Source: an uncultured Gemmatimonadales bacterium (GTDB lineage Bacteria > Gemmatimonadota > Gemmatimonadetes > Gemmatimonadales > GWC2-71-9). From it: a stretch of DNA of 64,000 nucleotides. Both the position numbers and the translations under genes were made by a program. Within the stretch, counting starts at the first letter, position 1, and every line of letters begins with the position of its first letter. Location of the stretch: positions 256,001 through 320,000 of the forward strand of contig CAVSQW010000009.1 of assembly GCA_963730185.1 (NCBI GenBank), read 5' to 3'. The notes beneath the pieces are model-generated. The model saw only the letters and a program-made list of their open reading frames with translations. It did no database searches and had not been told where the DNA came from. Below, one piece after another: positions 29,391-38,332 of the stretch.

Positions 29391-31535
29391 CTAGGGCGTG
29401 CCGGTGAGCCCCCGCTGCTCCAGGAGGGGCCGGACGCTCGGGTCCCGCCCTCGGAAGGCGCGGTACATCGGGGCGGCCTCTTCGCTCCCGCCCCGCGAAA
29501 GGATCATCCGGCGGAACCGGTCGCCGTTCTCCCGAGTCAGACCGCCATGGTCGCGGAACCAGTAGAACGCGTCGTCGTCGAGGACCTCGCTCCAGAGATA
29601 GGCGTAATAGCCGGCCGCGTAGCCGCTGTCCCAGATGTGGGAGAAGTATGTGGTCCGATAGCGCGGCGGCACCTGGGCCATCGCGATGTGGAAGTGATCG
29701 AGGGCCTGCGACTCGAAGGCGTCGACGTCCGTCACGGCACCGGCGTCGGCGGGACGGGTGTGCCAGGCCATGTCGAGCAACGCGGCGGCGAGATACTCGG
29801 TCGTGGCGTACCCCTGGTTGAACGTACTCGACTTCTTGATCCGATCCACCAGGCCGGCCGGCATGGGCGCGCCGGTCTGATAGTGCTTGGCGTAGTTGGC
29901 CAGGACCTTGGGGTCCAGCGCCCAGTGTTCGTTGAACTGGGAGGGGAACTCGACGAAGTCGCGAGGGACGTTGGTGTCGGCCAGCGAGGGGTAGCGAACG
30001 TCCGAGAACATGCCGTGCAAGGCGTGGCCGAACTCGTGGAACATCGTCCTGACGTCGTCGAAGCTGAGGAGCGCGGGCTGACCCGGCGCCGGCTTGGTGA
30101 AGTTGCCGACGTTGTACACCACTGGCTTGGTCCCCAGCAGCCCGGACTGTCCCACGAAGTTGTCCATCCAGGCCCCGCCGCTCTTACTGGGCCGCTGGAA
30201 GTAGTCGGCGTAGAAGAGGGCCAGCGAGGTGCCGTCGGCGTCGAAGACCTCGAAGACTCGGACGTCGGGCTGATAGACCGGAATGTCCTGCCGTTCCTTG
30301 AAGGTCAGGCCATAGAGCTGATTGGCGGCGAAGAAGACGCCATCCTGGAGGACGCGGTTCAGCTCGAAGTAGGGCCGGATCGCCGCCTCGTCGAGGTCGT
30401 ACTCGGCTTTCCGGACCCGCTCGGCATAGAGCTCCCAGTCCCAGGACGCGAGAGTGAACCCGCCGTGGTCGCGGTCGATCAGAGCCTGCATCTTGGCGGC
30501 CTCGCCGCGGGCCTTGGCGGTCGCGGCCGGCACCATGTCGGTCATCAGCTTCTCGGCGGCGGCGGGCGTCTTGGCCATCTCGTCGTCGAGCACGTAGGCG
30601 GCGTAGCTCGGGTAGCCCAGGAGGCGGGCCTTCTCGGCCCGGAGCTGCGCCAGCCGGGTCACGATGCCCCGGGTGTCGTGTGGCCCACCATCGCCCCGGG
30701 AGAGCGAGGCCTGCATGATCCGCTCCCGGAGCGGTCGGTTCTGGAGCGAGGCGAGCACCGGCTGCTGGGTGGTGTTCTGGAGCGCCAGCACCCACTGACC
30801 CGCGGTCCCGCGCCGCTTGGCTTCCTCGGCGGCGGCGGAGACGTCGCCGTCCGAGAGGCCCTCGAGCTCCGCCCGCCCGGTGACGGTGACCGCGTTGGCG
30901 TTTCGGCCGGCCAGGAGCTCGGTCTGGAACCGGGTGGTCAGCTCCGATTCTTCCCGGTTCAAGGCGCGGAGAGTGGTTTTGTCGCTGTCGGCCAGCTCCG
31001 CCCCAGCCCGGATGAAGCGACGGTAATAGCGCTCGACCAGGTAGTGCTGGATCGAGTCGAGGTCCAGGCCGTCACGCTGGTCGTAGATGGCCTTGACCCG
31101 CGCGAACAGGGTCGAGTCGAGATAGATCGCGTCCTTGTGGGCCGCCAGCTTGGGCGCTTCCTCGCTCTGCACCTGCTGGAGCACGCTGTCGGTGTTGGCC
31201 TGGGTGATGGCCCCGAAGACCCGCATCACCCGGGTCAGGACCTGTCCGGTCCGCTCCATGGCCTCGATCGTGTTGGCGAAGGTGGGCGGCGCGCTTTGGC
31301 GAGCGATGGAGTCGACCTCCGCCCGCTGCGCGCGCATGCCCGCTTCGATGGCCGGCTGATAGTCCTGGTCCGTGATCCGGTCGAAGGGCGGTGCTTGGAA
31401 CGGCAGCGGACTCGGCGACAGGAACGGATTCGGTTCGGACCCGCCCGCGCTCGACCCCCCGGTGGACGACGAGGGCGAGCAGGCGTAGGTCAGGATCATG
31501 AGCAAGAGTGGGGGAAGGCGGCGGCGAAGAGACAC
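29391..31535 (-). CDS. dcp: M3 family dipeptidyl carboxypeptidase, probable lipoprotein
   Basis: FHEFGHALH, DFVEFPSQ, PPRYRTTYFSHI, YAAGYYAYLW; lipobox TYAC. Confidence 0.9.
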   Translation of the reverse strand: MSLRRRLPPLLLMILTYACSPSSSTGGSSAGGSEPNPFLSPSPLPFQAPPFDRITDQDYQPAIEAGMRAQRAEVDSIARQSAPPTFANTIEAMERTGQVLTRVMRVFGAITQANTDSVLQQVQSEEAPKLAAHKDAIYLDSTLFARVKAIYDQRDGLDLDSIQHYLVERYYRRFIRAGAELADSDKTTLRALNREESELTTRFQTELLAGRNANAVTVTGRAELEGLSDGDVSAAAEEAKRRGTAGQWVLALQNTTQQPVLASLQNRPLRERIMQASLSRGDGGPHDTRGIVTRLAQLRAEKARLLGYPSYAAYVLDDEMAKTPAAAEKLMTDMVPAATAKARGEAAKMQALIDRDHGGFTLASWDWELYAERVRKAEYDLDEAAIRPYFELNRVLQDGVFFAANQLYGLTFKERQDIPVYQPDVRVFEVFDADGTSLALFYADYFQRPSKSGGAWMDNFVGQSGLLGTKPVVYNVGNFTKPAPGQPALLSFDDVRTMFHEFGHALHGMFSDVRYPSLADTNVPRDFVEFPSQFNEHWALDPKVLANYAKHYQTGAPMPAGLVDRIKKSSTFNQGYATTEYLAAALLDMAWHTRPADAGAVTDVDAFESQALDHFHIAMAQVPPRYRTTYFSHIWDSGYAAGYYAYLWSEVLDDDAFYWFRDHGGLTRENGDRFRRMILSRGGSEEAAPMYRAFRGRDPSVRPLLEQRGLTGTP

Positions 31536-31664
31536 AGGAGACTCCTGAAGAAGCGAAGGCGGCCGTGCTCACAATATAGGCCGCGGTCGGCGCCCGGTGC
31601 CGGGGTGCGCCCCGGAAGCCCTTCCGACCCATATTTCAGGTCCCCCGAGCAAGGATGAGGTGAC

Positions 31665-32147
31665 GTGAGAGCTGGGTTCCGTCGGATCGAGTGGCTGGCG
31701 CTGGCCCTGCTGGCGACCTCCGGTTGCGCCCGATATCGGTGTCCGGCCCAGCTGCCGGTGGAGCTGGCGGGTCCGGCCCGGACGGCGGTCGCCACGGTGG
31801 GGGGAGACTCGGTGGACTACACCCTGGGGGCACCGGCGGTGGCCTGCTTCCCGGGCGAATGGCCCCGGGTTCGGACCGATCGGGTCGAGCGCGCGTGGCG
31901 AGACCAGCTCTACGTCGTGGCGCCGGTAGCCGTCGGGGCGGGGGCCACCGAGGGTGGGGCCCGACCCGTGGCTCGGATCGACGCGATCGCCGAGGACGGA
32001 TCGGAGCTGGCCGCGGCGGAGACCGCGGTGCTGGTGCCCGCGTCGGCCTCCGACGGTCAGGTCCGGGCGGTGTTGGAGCTACCCGAGGAGCAGGTCAAGC
32101 GAATCCGGACGATCCGGGTTCGGTGGGTCCGGCCCGGCGCCGGATGA
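31665..32147 (+). CDS. Hypothetical lipoprotein
   Basis: Signal WLALALLATSGC; SD-like GAGG; fills the gap between genes. Confidence 0.6.
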   Translation: MRAGFRRIEWLALALLATSGCARYRCPAQLPVELAGPARTAVATVGGDSVDYTLGAPAVACFPGEWPRVRTDRVERAWRDQLYVVAPVAVGAGATEGGARPVARIDAIAEDGSELAAAETAVLVPASASDGQVRAVLELPEEQVKRIRTIRVRWVRPGAG

Positions 32148-32148
32148 G

Positions 32149-35100
32149 TCAGTCCCTCGCGGCTCGGGCTGGATAGTCCTCGCCCAGCACGCGATCGAGG
32201 CTCTCGACCAGCCGGTCGGCGTCGGCGGCCGTGAAGCAGAGGGGCGGCTTCATCTTGAGGACGTTGCCGAACGGCCCATCCGTGCTGACCAGGATACCCA
32301 GGTCGCGGAGGCGATTGGCCAGGTACGACGCTTCCTCGCGGGCCGGCTCCAGTGAGGTGCGGCTTCGCACCAGCTCGAGCCCGACGAAAAGCCCGAGCCC
32401 GCGGGCATCGCCGGCCAGGGGGTGGCGGGCCACCAGCCCCTCGAGTCCCCGGAGCAATCGGTCGCCGACGGTGTGGGCCGCTTGCCGGAGCCCCTCGTCT
32501 TCGACCACGTTCAGCACGGCCAAGCCCACGGCGCACGACACCGGATTCCCTCCGAAGGTGCTGAAGAACTCCATCCCGTTGGTGAAGGCCTGGGCGATGG
32601 CGGGCGTGGTGACGACCGCCCCGAGCGGGTGACCGTTGCCGATCGGCTTGCCCATCGTGACGATGTCGGGAATCACGCCCTGGGTCTCGAAGGCCCACCA
32701 GTGGGTGCCCACGCGGCCGAACCCCACCTGGACCTCGTCCGCGATCGCGACGCCGCCGACCTGGCGGATCCGCCGGTAGGCCTCCGCCAGGAACCCCTTG
32801 GGCAGGACGATCTGCCCCCCACAGCTCAGGATCGACTCGGCCAGGAACGCGGCCGGCGCTTCGCCCTGCGCCTCGAGGGCCGCGATGGCGTCGGTCACCG
32901 CCGCGGCGCCGGTCTGGTCTCGGCGGTCGCGCCCCCGATAGGGGTCGGGCATCGGGATCTTCCGGACCCAGGCCGGCGCGCCTCTCCCACCGGGGCCGTC
33001 GTGCTTGTAGGGGCTCACGTCGATGAGCGTCGTGGTGTTGCCGTGATAGCCCGCCTCGATCACCACCATCCCCCGTCGGCCGGTGGCCGCCCGGGCCAGC
33101 CGGATCGCCAGCTCGTTGGCCTCGCTCCCGGAATTGACGAAGTAGCAGACCCGGAGCGGCTCCGGCAGGGTGGCCGTGAGCCGTTCGGCGTACTCGAGGA
33201 TGGTCGGATGGAGATACCGGGTGTTGGTGTTGAGCACCGCCATCTGCGCCCGCGCGGCGGCCACCACCCGCGGATGGGAGTGTCCCACGTGGGGCACGTT
33301 GTTCACCCCGTCGAGATAAGCCAGCCCCAAGTCGTCGTAGAGGTGCTGCTTCCAGCCCCGAACGATCGTGAGCGGGCGCCGGTAGGATACGCTGAGCGAC
33401 GGCCCGAGCCGGGTCCGCCTGGCCTGGAGCAGGGCGCCCGCGGGCGGCGTGCCAAACGACGTCTCGGTGCGCAACCGTGTGACCAGGTTCGGGTCGGGCG
33501 ACAGACTCTTCCAGACCTCGCGCTGGTCGGCGCGGGCCACGCCGGGAAACTCGCCGTCACGATCGAGCCGGTCGACGATCAGCTGAAGATGGAGATGCGG
33601 TGGCCAGCCGCCGTTCACGTCCCGGTCGCCCACCGCGCCGATCCGGTCACCTCGGGTTACGGTCCGGCCGGGCGTCAGGGCTTCGAGGCAATCGCTGGCC
33701 AGGTGGCCGTAAAGGGTGTGGAAGACGACCCCGCCGACCGCGTGACGGAGCACGATCGTGGGCCCGTAGTCCAGGTCCATGCCGTTGTCGCGGACGGACT
33801 CGACCACCCCGTCGAGCGGCGCCAGCACGCCGGTGCCGGGTGCGACGAACAGATCCAGCCCGAGGTGCACGGTTCGGGGGACCGGCCGGTCGTTGCCCGA
33901 GGCCTGGTAGCGGTCGGTGGTATAGAGGAGCCGGGGCTCGTCGTAGCGGCCGATGCCGAGGCCGGCTCCTCGCCGCCGGATCTCGGCGAACAGCTTCCGG
34001 CCGAACCGGCCGGCGTCGAGTGGCTCGTCCGGGTGCTCGATCAGCGGACTCGCCACGCTCAGATCGAGCGTCGTGGCCGGAGGGTCGAGCGGAAGGTCCA
34101 GCACCGGGCCGATCCGGTCGCCGTGCTCCGCGAGCCAGCCGCGAACGGCCGCCGCCGCCGGGACGGGCTCGTAGCCCGCTGCGGCGCGGAAGGTGTACTC
34201 GGCGAAGCGGGGGTGGACTGACTCGAGGCGGTCGAGGGTCTCCCAGGCTGGCCGCTCGCTCACGGCCAAGTAGGCGTTGTCCGGGAAGAGCTCGCGCTGG
34301 TGGGCCGCGTTGGCTACGCTGACGGCCAGACGGGTGGCGATCAGCGGGAGCAGCACACTCAGCTCGGCTTCGGCGAGCGGGCGGGCGGCGTGGTAGCCCC
34401 GCACCACGGCCGCCGCGGCGGACAGCGGGTCGGCCGCGCCCTGCATGGCGTAGGCGCACCCGATCGCCAGCTCGGCCACCGTCACGGACTCCAGCATGTC
34501 GCCGAAATCGACGACCCCGATCACCGTGCGCTGGTCCGGGTGTCCCTCGCCGACCACCACGTTCCAGTCGTTGGCGTCGTTGTGGATCACGCTTCGGGGC
34601 AGGGCCGCCAGTGCGGAGGCGAGCGTGTCGAAGCGATCGAGGTGGCGCTCTACCAACGCCCGGCGGGTGGGGTCGGCGATCCGCCGGACGAGTGGGCGGG
34701 CCCACTGAGGCCGGGTCAGGTCCCACTTGAGCTCCCGGTGAGCCGCCGGGTGGTCGAACCCCTCGAGGGCCCGGTCGATCCTTCCCAACACCCGGCCGAG
34801 GCTGTCGAGGAGCGGGGGCGAGTGGGGGGACACCTCGGCCCAGACCCGGCCGGGGACCCAGGTCAGGACCCGGGCGAGGTGGTCGCCGCGCTGGCCCGCG
34901 AGGGTCACGAGCTCGTCGCCGGCCTGGCTGGAGACCACCATGGGCAGGGTCAGATCGGGTGCCCGGTCGGCCAGGCGAGCCAGGGCTCGATGTTGCAGAT
35001 CCAGCACGTCCCGGGCCTCGTCCGCGTGGGCGACCTTGAGCACCACGGGCGAGCGTCCCGCCGGCCGGACCAGGAAGTTCCGGTCGCGCTCGCTCGGCAG

Positions 35101-35199
35101 CTCCTCGATCGTCCCGGTCAGGCCGTACCGCTCCGCCAGGAAGCGAGCGGCCTGGCCGAGATCGACGTCGGGGCGCTGGAACGCGATGACGGGGGGCAT
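32149..35199 (-). CDS. APH-like kinase / M23-like / class-III PLP enzyme fusion (hydroxylysine kinase plus phospho-lyase-like)
   Basis: SERDRNF, IHNDANDWN, DFGD; HLGLD, HLHLQ; NNVPHVGH, NSGSEAN, DEVQVGFGR, MGKPIGNG. Confidence 0.9.
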   Translation of the reverse strand: MPPVIAFQRPDVDLGQAARFLAERYGLTGTIEELPSERDRNFLVRPAGRSPVVLKVAHADEARDVLDLQHRALARLADRAPDLTLPMVVSSQAGDELVTLAGQRGDHLARVLTWVPGRVWAEVSPHSPPLLDSLGRVLGRIDRALEGFDHPAAHRELKWDLTRPQWARPLVRRIADPTRRALVERHLDRFDTLASALAALPRSVIHNDANDWNVVVGEGHPDQRTVIGVVDFGDMLESVTVAELAIGCAYAMQGAADPLSAAAAVVRGYHAARPLAEAELSVLLPLIATRLAVSVANAAHQRELFPDNAYLAVSERPAWETLDRLESVHPRFAEYTFRAAAGYEPVPAAAAVRGWLAEHGDRIGPVLDLPLDPPATTLDLSVASPLIEHPDEPLDAGRFGRKLFAEIRRRGAGLGIGRYDEPRLLYTTDRYQASGNDRPVPRTVHLGLDLFVAPGTGVLAPLDGVVESVRDNGMDLDYGPTIVLRHAVGGVVFHTLYGHLASDCLEALTPGRTVTRGDRIGAVGDRDVNGGWPPHLHLQLIVDRLDRDGEFPGVARADQREVWKSLSPDPNLVTRLRTETSFGTPPAGALLQARRTRLGPSLSVSYRRPLTIVRGWKQHLYDDLGLAYLDGVNNVPHVGHSHPRVVAAARAQMAVLNTNTRYLHPTILEYAERLTATLPEPLRVCYFVNSGSEANELAIRLARAATGRRGMVVIEAGYHGNTTTLIDVSPYKHDGPGGRGAPAWVRKIPMPDPYRGRDRRDQTGAAAVTDAIAALEAQGEAPAAFLAESILSCGGQIVLPKGFLAEAYRRIRQVGGVAIADEVQVGFGRVGTHWWAFETQGVIPDIVTMGKPIGNGHPLGAVVTTPAIAQAFTNGMEFFSTFGGNPVSCAVGLAVLNVVEDEGLRQAAHTVGDRLLRGLEGLVARHPLAGDARGLGLFVGLELVRSRTSLEPAREEASYLANRLRDLGILVSTDGPFGNVLKMKPPLCFTAADADRLVESLDRVLGEDYPARAARD

Positions 35200-35216
35200 G
35201 CCCGAGTCGAGCCGCG

Positions 35217-36662
35217 TCAGTAGAGGCCGACCCGGCCTTTGACCGCCGCGATCAGCTTGGCCGGGTCGTACCCCACGCCCTGCTTGAAGACCGTCTCGAC
35301 CTTGCGGATGTCGGCGATGTCGGCCGCCGGGTTACCGGCGATCACCACCAGGTCGGCCTGCTTGCCGACCGCGATCGAGCCGACCCGGTCGGCCCGCTCG
35401 AGATACGTGGCGCCGTTCAACGTGCCGATCTTGATCGCCTGCTCGGGGCTGAAGCCCTCCTCCACGAGCAGCTCGATGGCCCGCTGATTCGAGTAGCCGG
35501 GGATCACCCCGCCGCCGCCGGTCGGATCGGTCCCCACCAGGAGCAGCCCGCCCGCCTCGGCGAAGGCGTGCTCCAGGGCCATCGCCTTCGGAAAGAGCGT
35601 GGCATAGAGCGAGCCCGGGTTGCGATCGACCCGGGCGTGCATCTGGTCGAAGACCTGCTGGAGCTCCGGCACCAGCACGTCGGTGCCGGGAGGCATCGGC
35701 CGCCCCGGGGTGAAGGTCTCGAAGACGGTGGGGGTCGAGGTGATGGCGACGTGGTGCGCGATCAGGTCGGCCACCAGGCGCGTGAAGGCCGGATCGGTGG
35801 GCTCGAGCTTGTCGATGCTGGCCTGTCCCTGGCCCTGGCCCGGACACACGTCCGGCTGCTTGTCCGCCACGAAGTCGGTCGACGCCAGGAAGCCATGCTC
35901 GAGGTCGTCGATCCCCAGCGCGGCGGCCTCGGCGTAGGTCACCGAGCAGAGGTGGCCGGTGACCTTGAGATGCCGGGCGTGGGCCGCCTCGATCGCCGCG
36001 CCCAGCACCTCGCGGCTGATGTTCATGTAGGCCTTGAACGAGGTGGCGCCCTGGTCCGCCCAGAAGTTGACGAACTCGCGCGCCTGCTCCGGCGTGGTCA
36101 GGCTCTGCATCTGTCCGAACGGGTTGGGGCCGTTCAGGTAGGGCGCGGTGGCGTCGATCCAGGGGCCGGGCTTGTCGCCCCGGGCGATGGCCTTGGCGAC
36201 GTTGAGCTCCGAGTACCCGTTCATGTTGCCGCCGGTGCGCATCGAGGTCACGCCGCCGGCCAGATAGAGCTTCACGAACGACTCGGTCAGGTTGCCGTAC
36301 ACGCCGGGCCCGGTCGGATAGAAGAGGTGCTCGTGCACCATCACGAAGCCGGGGATCACGGTCTTTCCGCGGAGGTCGAGCACCTGGGCACCGCTCGGGA
36401 CCGGGACGCTCGCGGCCGGGCCGACCGCGACGATGTCACCGTCCCGGACGACCACGGTCTGATCGTCCCGGGCGGGAGCACCGGTCCCGTCGATGACCCG
36501 GACGTGCTGGAGCGCCAGCACCGAGGTGTCGACGGTGACGAATGCCCGGGTGGTGGTTGAGAGGGTGGGACGCTGCGCGGCGGCTGGCGCGGTCAGCGCC
36601 GCGAAGGCCGCGAAGAGGACACCGCCCGAACGGGCGACGAGAGGGCTCTGGAGCACGGGCAT
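35217..36662 (-). CDS. Secreted amidohydrolase
   Basis: Signal peptide, PGFVMVHEH, GVTS, GHL, LEHG, VGTD, GSIAVGKQADLVV. Confidence 0.9.
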   Translation of the reverse strand: MPVLQSPLVARSGGVLFAAFAALTAPAAAQRPTLSTTTRAFVTVDTSVLALQHVRVIDGTGAPARDDQTVVVRDGDIVAVGPAASVPVPSGAQVLDLRGKTVIPGFVMVHEHLFYPTGPGVYGNLTESFVKLYLAGGVTSMRTGGNMNGYSELNVAKAIARGDKPGPWIDATAPYLNGPNPFGQMQSLTTPEQAREFVNFWADQGATSFKAYMNISREVLGAAIEAAHARHLKVTGHLCSVTYAEAAALGIDDLEHGFLASTDFVADKQPDVCPGQGQGQASIDKLEPTDPAFTRLVADLIAHHVAITSTPTVFETFTPGRPMPPGTDVLVPELQQVFDQMHARVDRNPGSLYATLFPKAMALEHAFAEAGGLLLVGTDPTGGGGVIPGYSNQRAIELLVEEGFSPEQAIKIGTLNGATYLERADRVGSIAVGKQADLVVIAGNPAADIADIRKVETVFKQGVGYDPAKLIAAVKGRVGLY

Positions 36663-36697
36663 CACCTGGCGAGTGCGAGAAGGGGGTCGGGGGCGGA

Positions 36698-37561
36698 CTA
36701 GGCTCGTTCCAGGAGCGAGACCACCGAGAACCGTCGGAATTCCTGCTGCCGGCGCTGGCTGGCGAACCGACCCACGAAGGCCCAGAATCGGGCCATCGGG
36801 AAGGTCCGCTTCAGTCGAAGGCCTTCGTGAAACATGGAGCGGTACGCGGTCTCCTTCCAGCCGAGCGCCCCGAAGAAGGCCGGGCCGTCGGCCGGACCGA
36901 ACTGGAATGGAGCGTTCCCTGCCGCGACCGCCGGTCCCCAGCTCCGGGCCAGCATCTGGAGCAAGCCCGGGCTGGCCAGGTCGGTGAGCCAGAGGGCAAA
37001 ACTCCCCTGGGCGTGGAGGTCCCGGGCCAGGCCGGTCACGGCGGGTTCCTTCAGGTAGACCAGAAGCCCTTCGGTCACCACCAGGGTTCGCCGCCCCGAT
37101 TCCCCCGCCTGCGCGAAGAGCTCGCGCCGCCCGGCTTCGTCGGCCAGGTCGAGTCCCACGGCCCGATAGTCACATCGCGGCGTCTGCCCTTGGAGCGCTG
37201 TGGTTTTGTACTCGATCATCGCCGGATGGTCGACGTCAGTCCATTGGAGGCTGTCGGGCAGGTCCATCCGCCACGGGCGGGCGTCGAGGCCGGCGGCGAG
37301 GTTGAGTACCGCCTCGACCCCCCGGTCGCGAAGACATTGGCCGATCAGCTCGTCGAGGACGGCCGTTCGCACCACCATCGGCCAGGCCATCCGCCGCCCC
37401 TGGGGCAGGGTGTCGACGATCCGTTGCCCCTCGATCCCGGCGAGTCGGCGGGCGAAGGGGTCGTGGAACAGCGCGTCGGGTCGGTCCGACTCCATGGCTC
37501 GATAGGTCGCGACCCACCGGGCGGTGTCGGAAACGTGCGAGATGACCGGGGAATCCGGCAT
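36698..37561 (-). CDS. SAM-dependent methyltransferase (LCM-like family)
   Basis: SDTARWVATYRA, DPFARRLAG, LAAGLDARPWR, TEGLLVYL. Confidence 0.9.
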   Translation of the reverse strand: MPDSPVISHVSDTARWVATYRAMESDRPDALFHDPFARRLAGIEGQRIVDTLPQGRRMAWPMVVRTAVLDELIGQCLRDRGVEAVLNLAAGLDARPWRMDLPDSLQWTDVDHPAMIEYKTTALQGQTPRCDYRAVGLDLADEAGRRELFAQAGESGRRTLVVTEGLLVYLKEPAVTGLARDLHAQGSFALWLTDLASPGLLQMLARSWGPAVAAGNAPFQFGPADGPAFFGALGWKETAYRSMFHEGLRLKRTFPMARFWAFVGRFASQRRQQEFRRFSVVSLLERA

Positions 37562-37740
37562 CGGGCCTCCTCGGGGATGGTCCTCAAGATGCCGACTCGG
37601 ACGCTACGAGGCCAACCCGGGCCCGGGCCGGCCGAAGGTCCCGAGCCGGCTTTCCCCTCGCCGCCGGTCCGATGGTGAGGTACTATCCGGCAGGTCCGTC
37701 GCGTCCGCGATGGTCTGCCCCTACCCCAAGGAGGTTCGTG

Positions 37741-38268
37741 ATGCACCGTAGATGGCGTTTTGTCGTCGCCGGGCTCGCGCTTCTGTTGGCGACATCGGTC
37801 ATGGCTCCCACGCCGGTCCGCGCCCAGGAGACCACGCTCAACCTGAACACGGCGACGCGGGAACAGCTGCTGGCTTTTCCCGGGATCGGTCAGGCCTACG
37901 CCGACAAGATCATCGCGGCGCGGCCGTTCAAGATGCGGAGCGAACTGGTGGGGCGGCACATCATGCCGGCCGCGGCGTACTTGAAGATCAAGAAGCGGCT
38001 GCTCCCCACCGCCGAGGACGCGGCGATCGAAAAGGCGATGGAATCGGCGCCCACGGGGCCGCCGGCGTCGACCTTCGACGCCGAGGGCCGACTCAACCTC
38101 AACCTGGCCACCCGGGAGCAGCTGCTCGGGATTCCTGGGATCGGGGCCGCCTATGCCGACAAGATCATCAAGGGCCGGCCGTTCAAGCAGCTGGACGAGC
38201 TCGTCCGGCGCCGGATCATGCCGCAGGCAGCCTACGACGAGATCGTTTCCAAGGTCTTCGTGAGATAA
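37741..38268 (+). CDS. Secreted ComEA-like protein with two helix-hairpin-helix domains
   Basis: Signal peptide; two copies of LNLNxATREQLLxxPGIGxAYADKII; SD AAGGAGG before ATG 37741. Confidence 0.85.
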   Translation: MHRRWRFVVAGLALLLATSVMAPTPVRAQETTLNLNTATREQLLAFPGIGQAYADKIIAARPFKMRSELVGRHIMPAAAYLKIKKRLLPTAEDAAIEKAMESAPTGPPASTFDAEGRLNLNLATREQLLGIPGIGAAYADKIIKGRPFKQLDELVRRRIMPQAAYDEIVSKVFVR

Positions 38269-38289
38269 CCGTCGCGCGAGGCTGGCGCT

Positions 38290-38322
38290 TTCGGGGGCGG
38301 GCCGTGGCGGCCCGCCCCCGAA
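38290..38322. terminator. 15-bp hairpin between convergent genes
   Basis: TTCGGGGGCGGGCCG-tgg-CGGCCCGCCCCCGAA. Confidence 0.65.
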
Positions 38323-38332
38323 GCGTGTCCGG

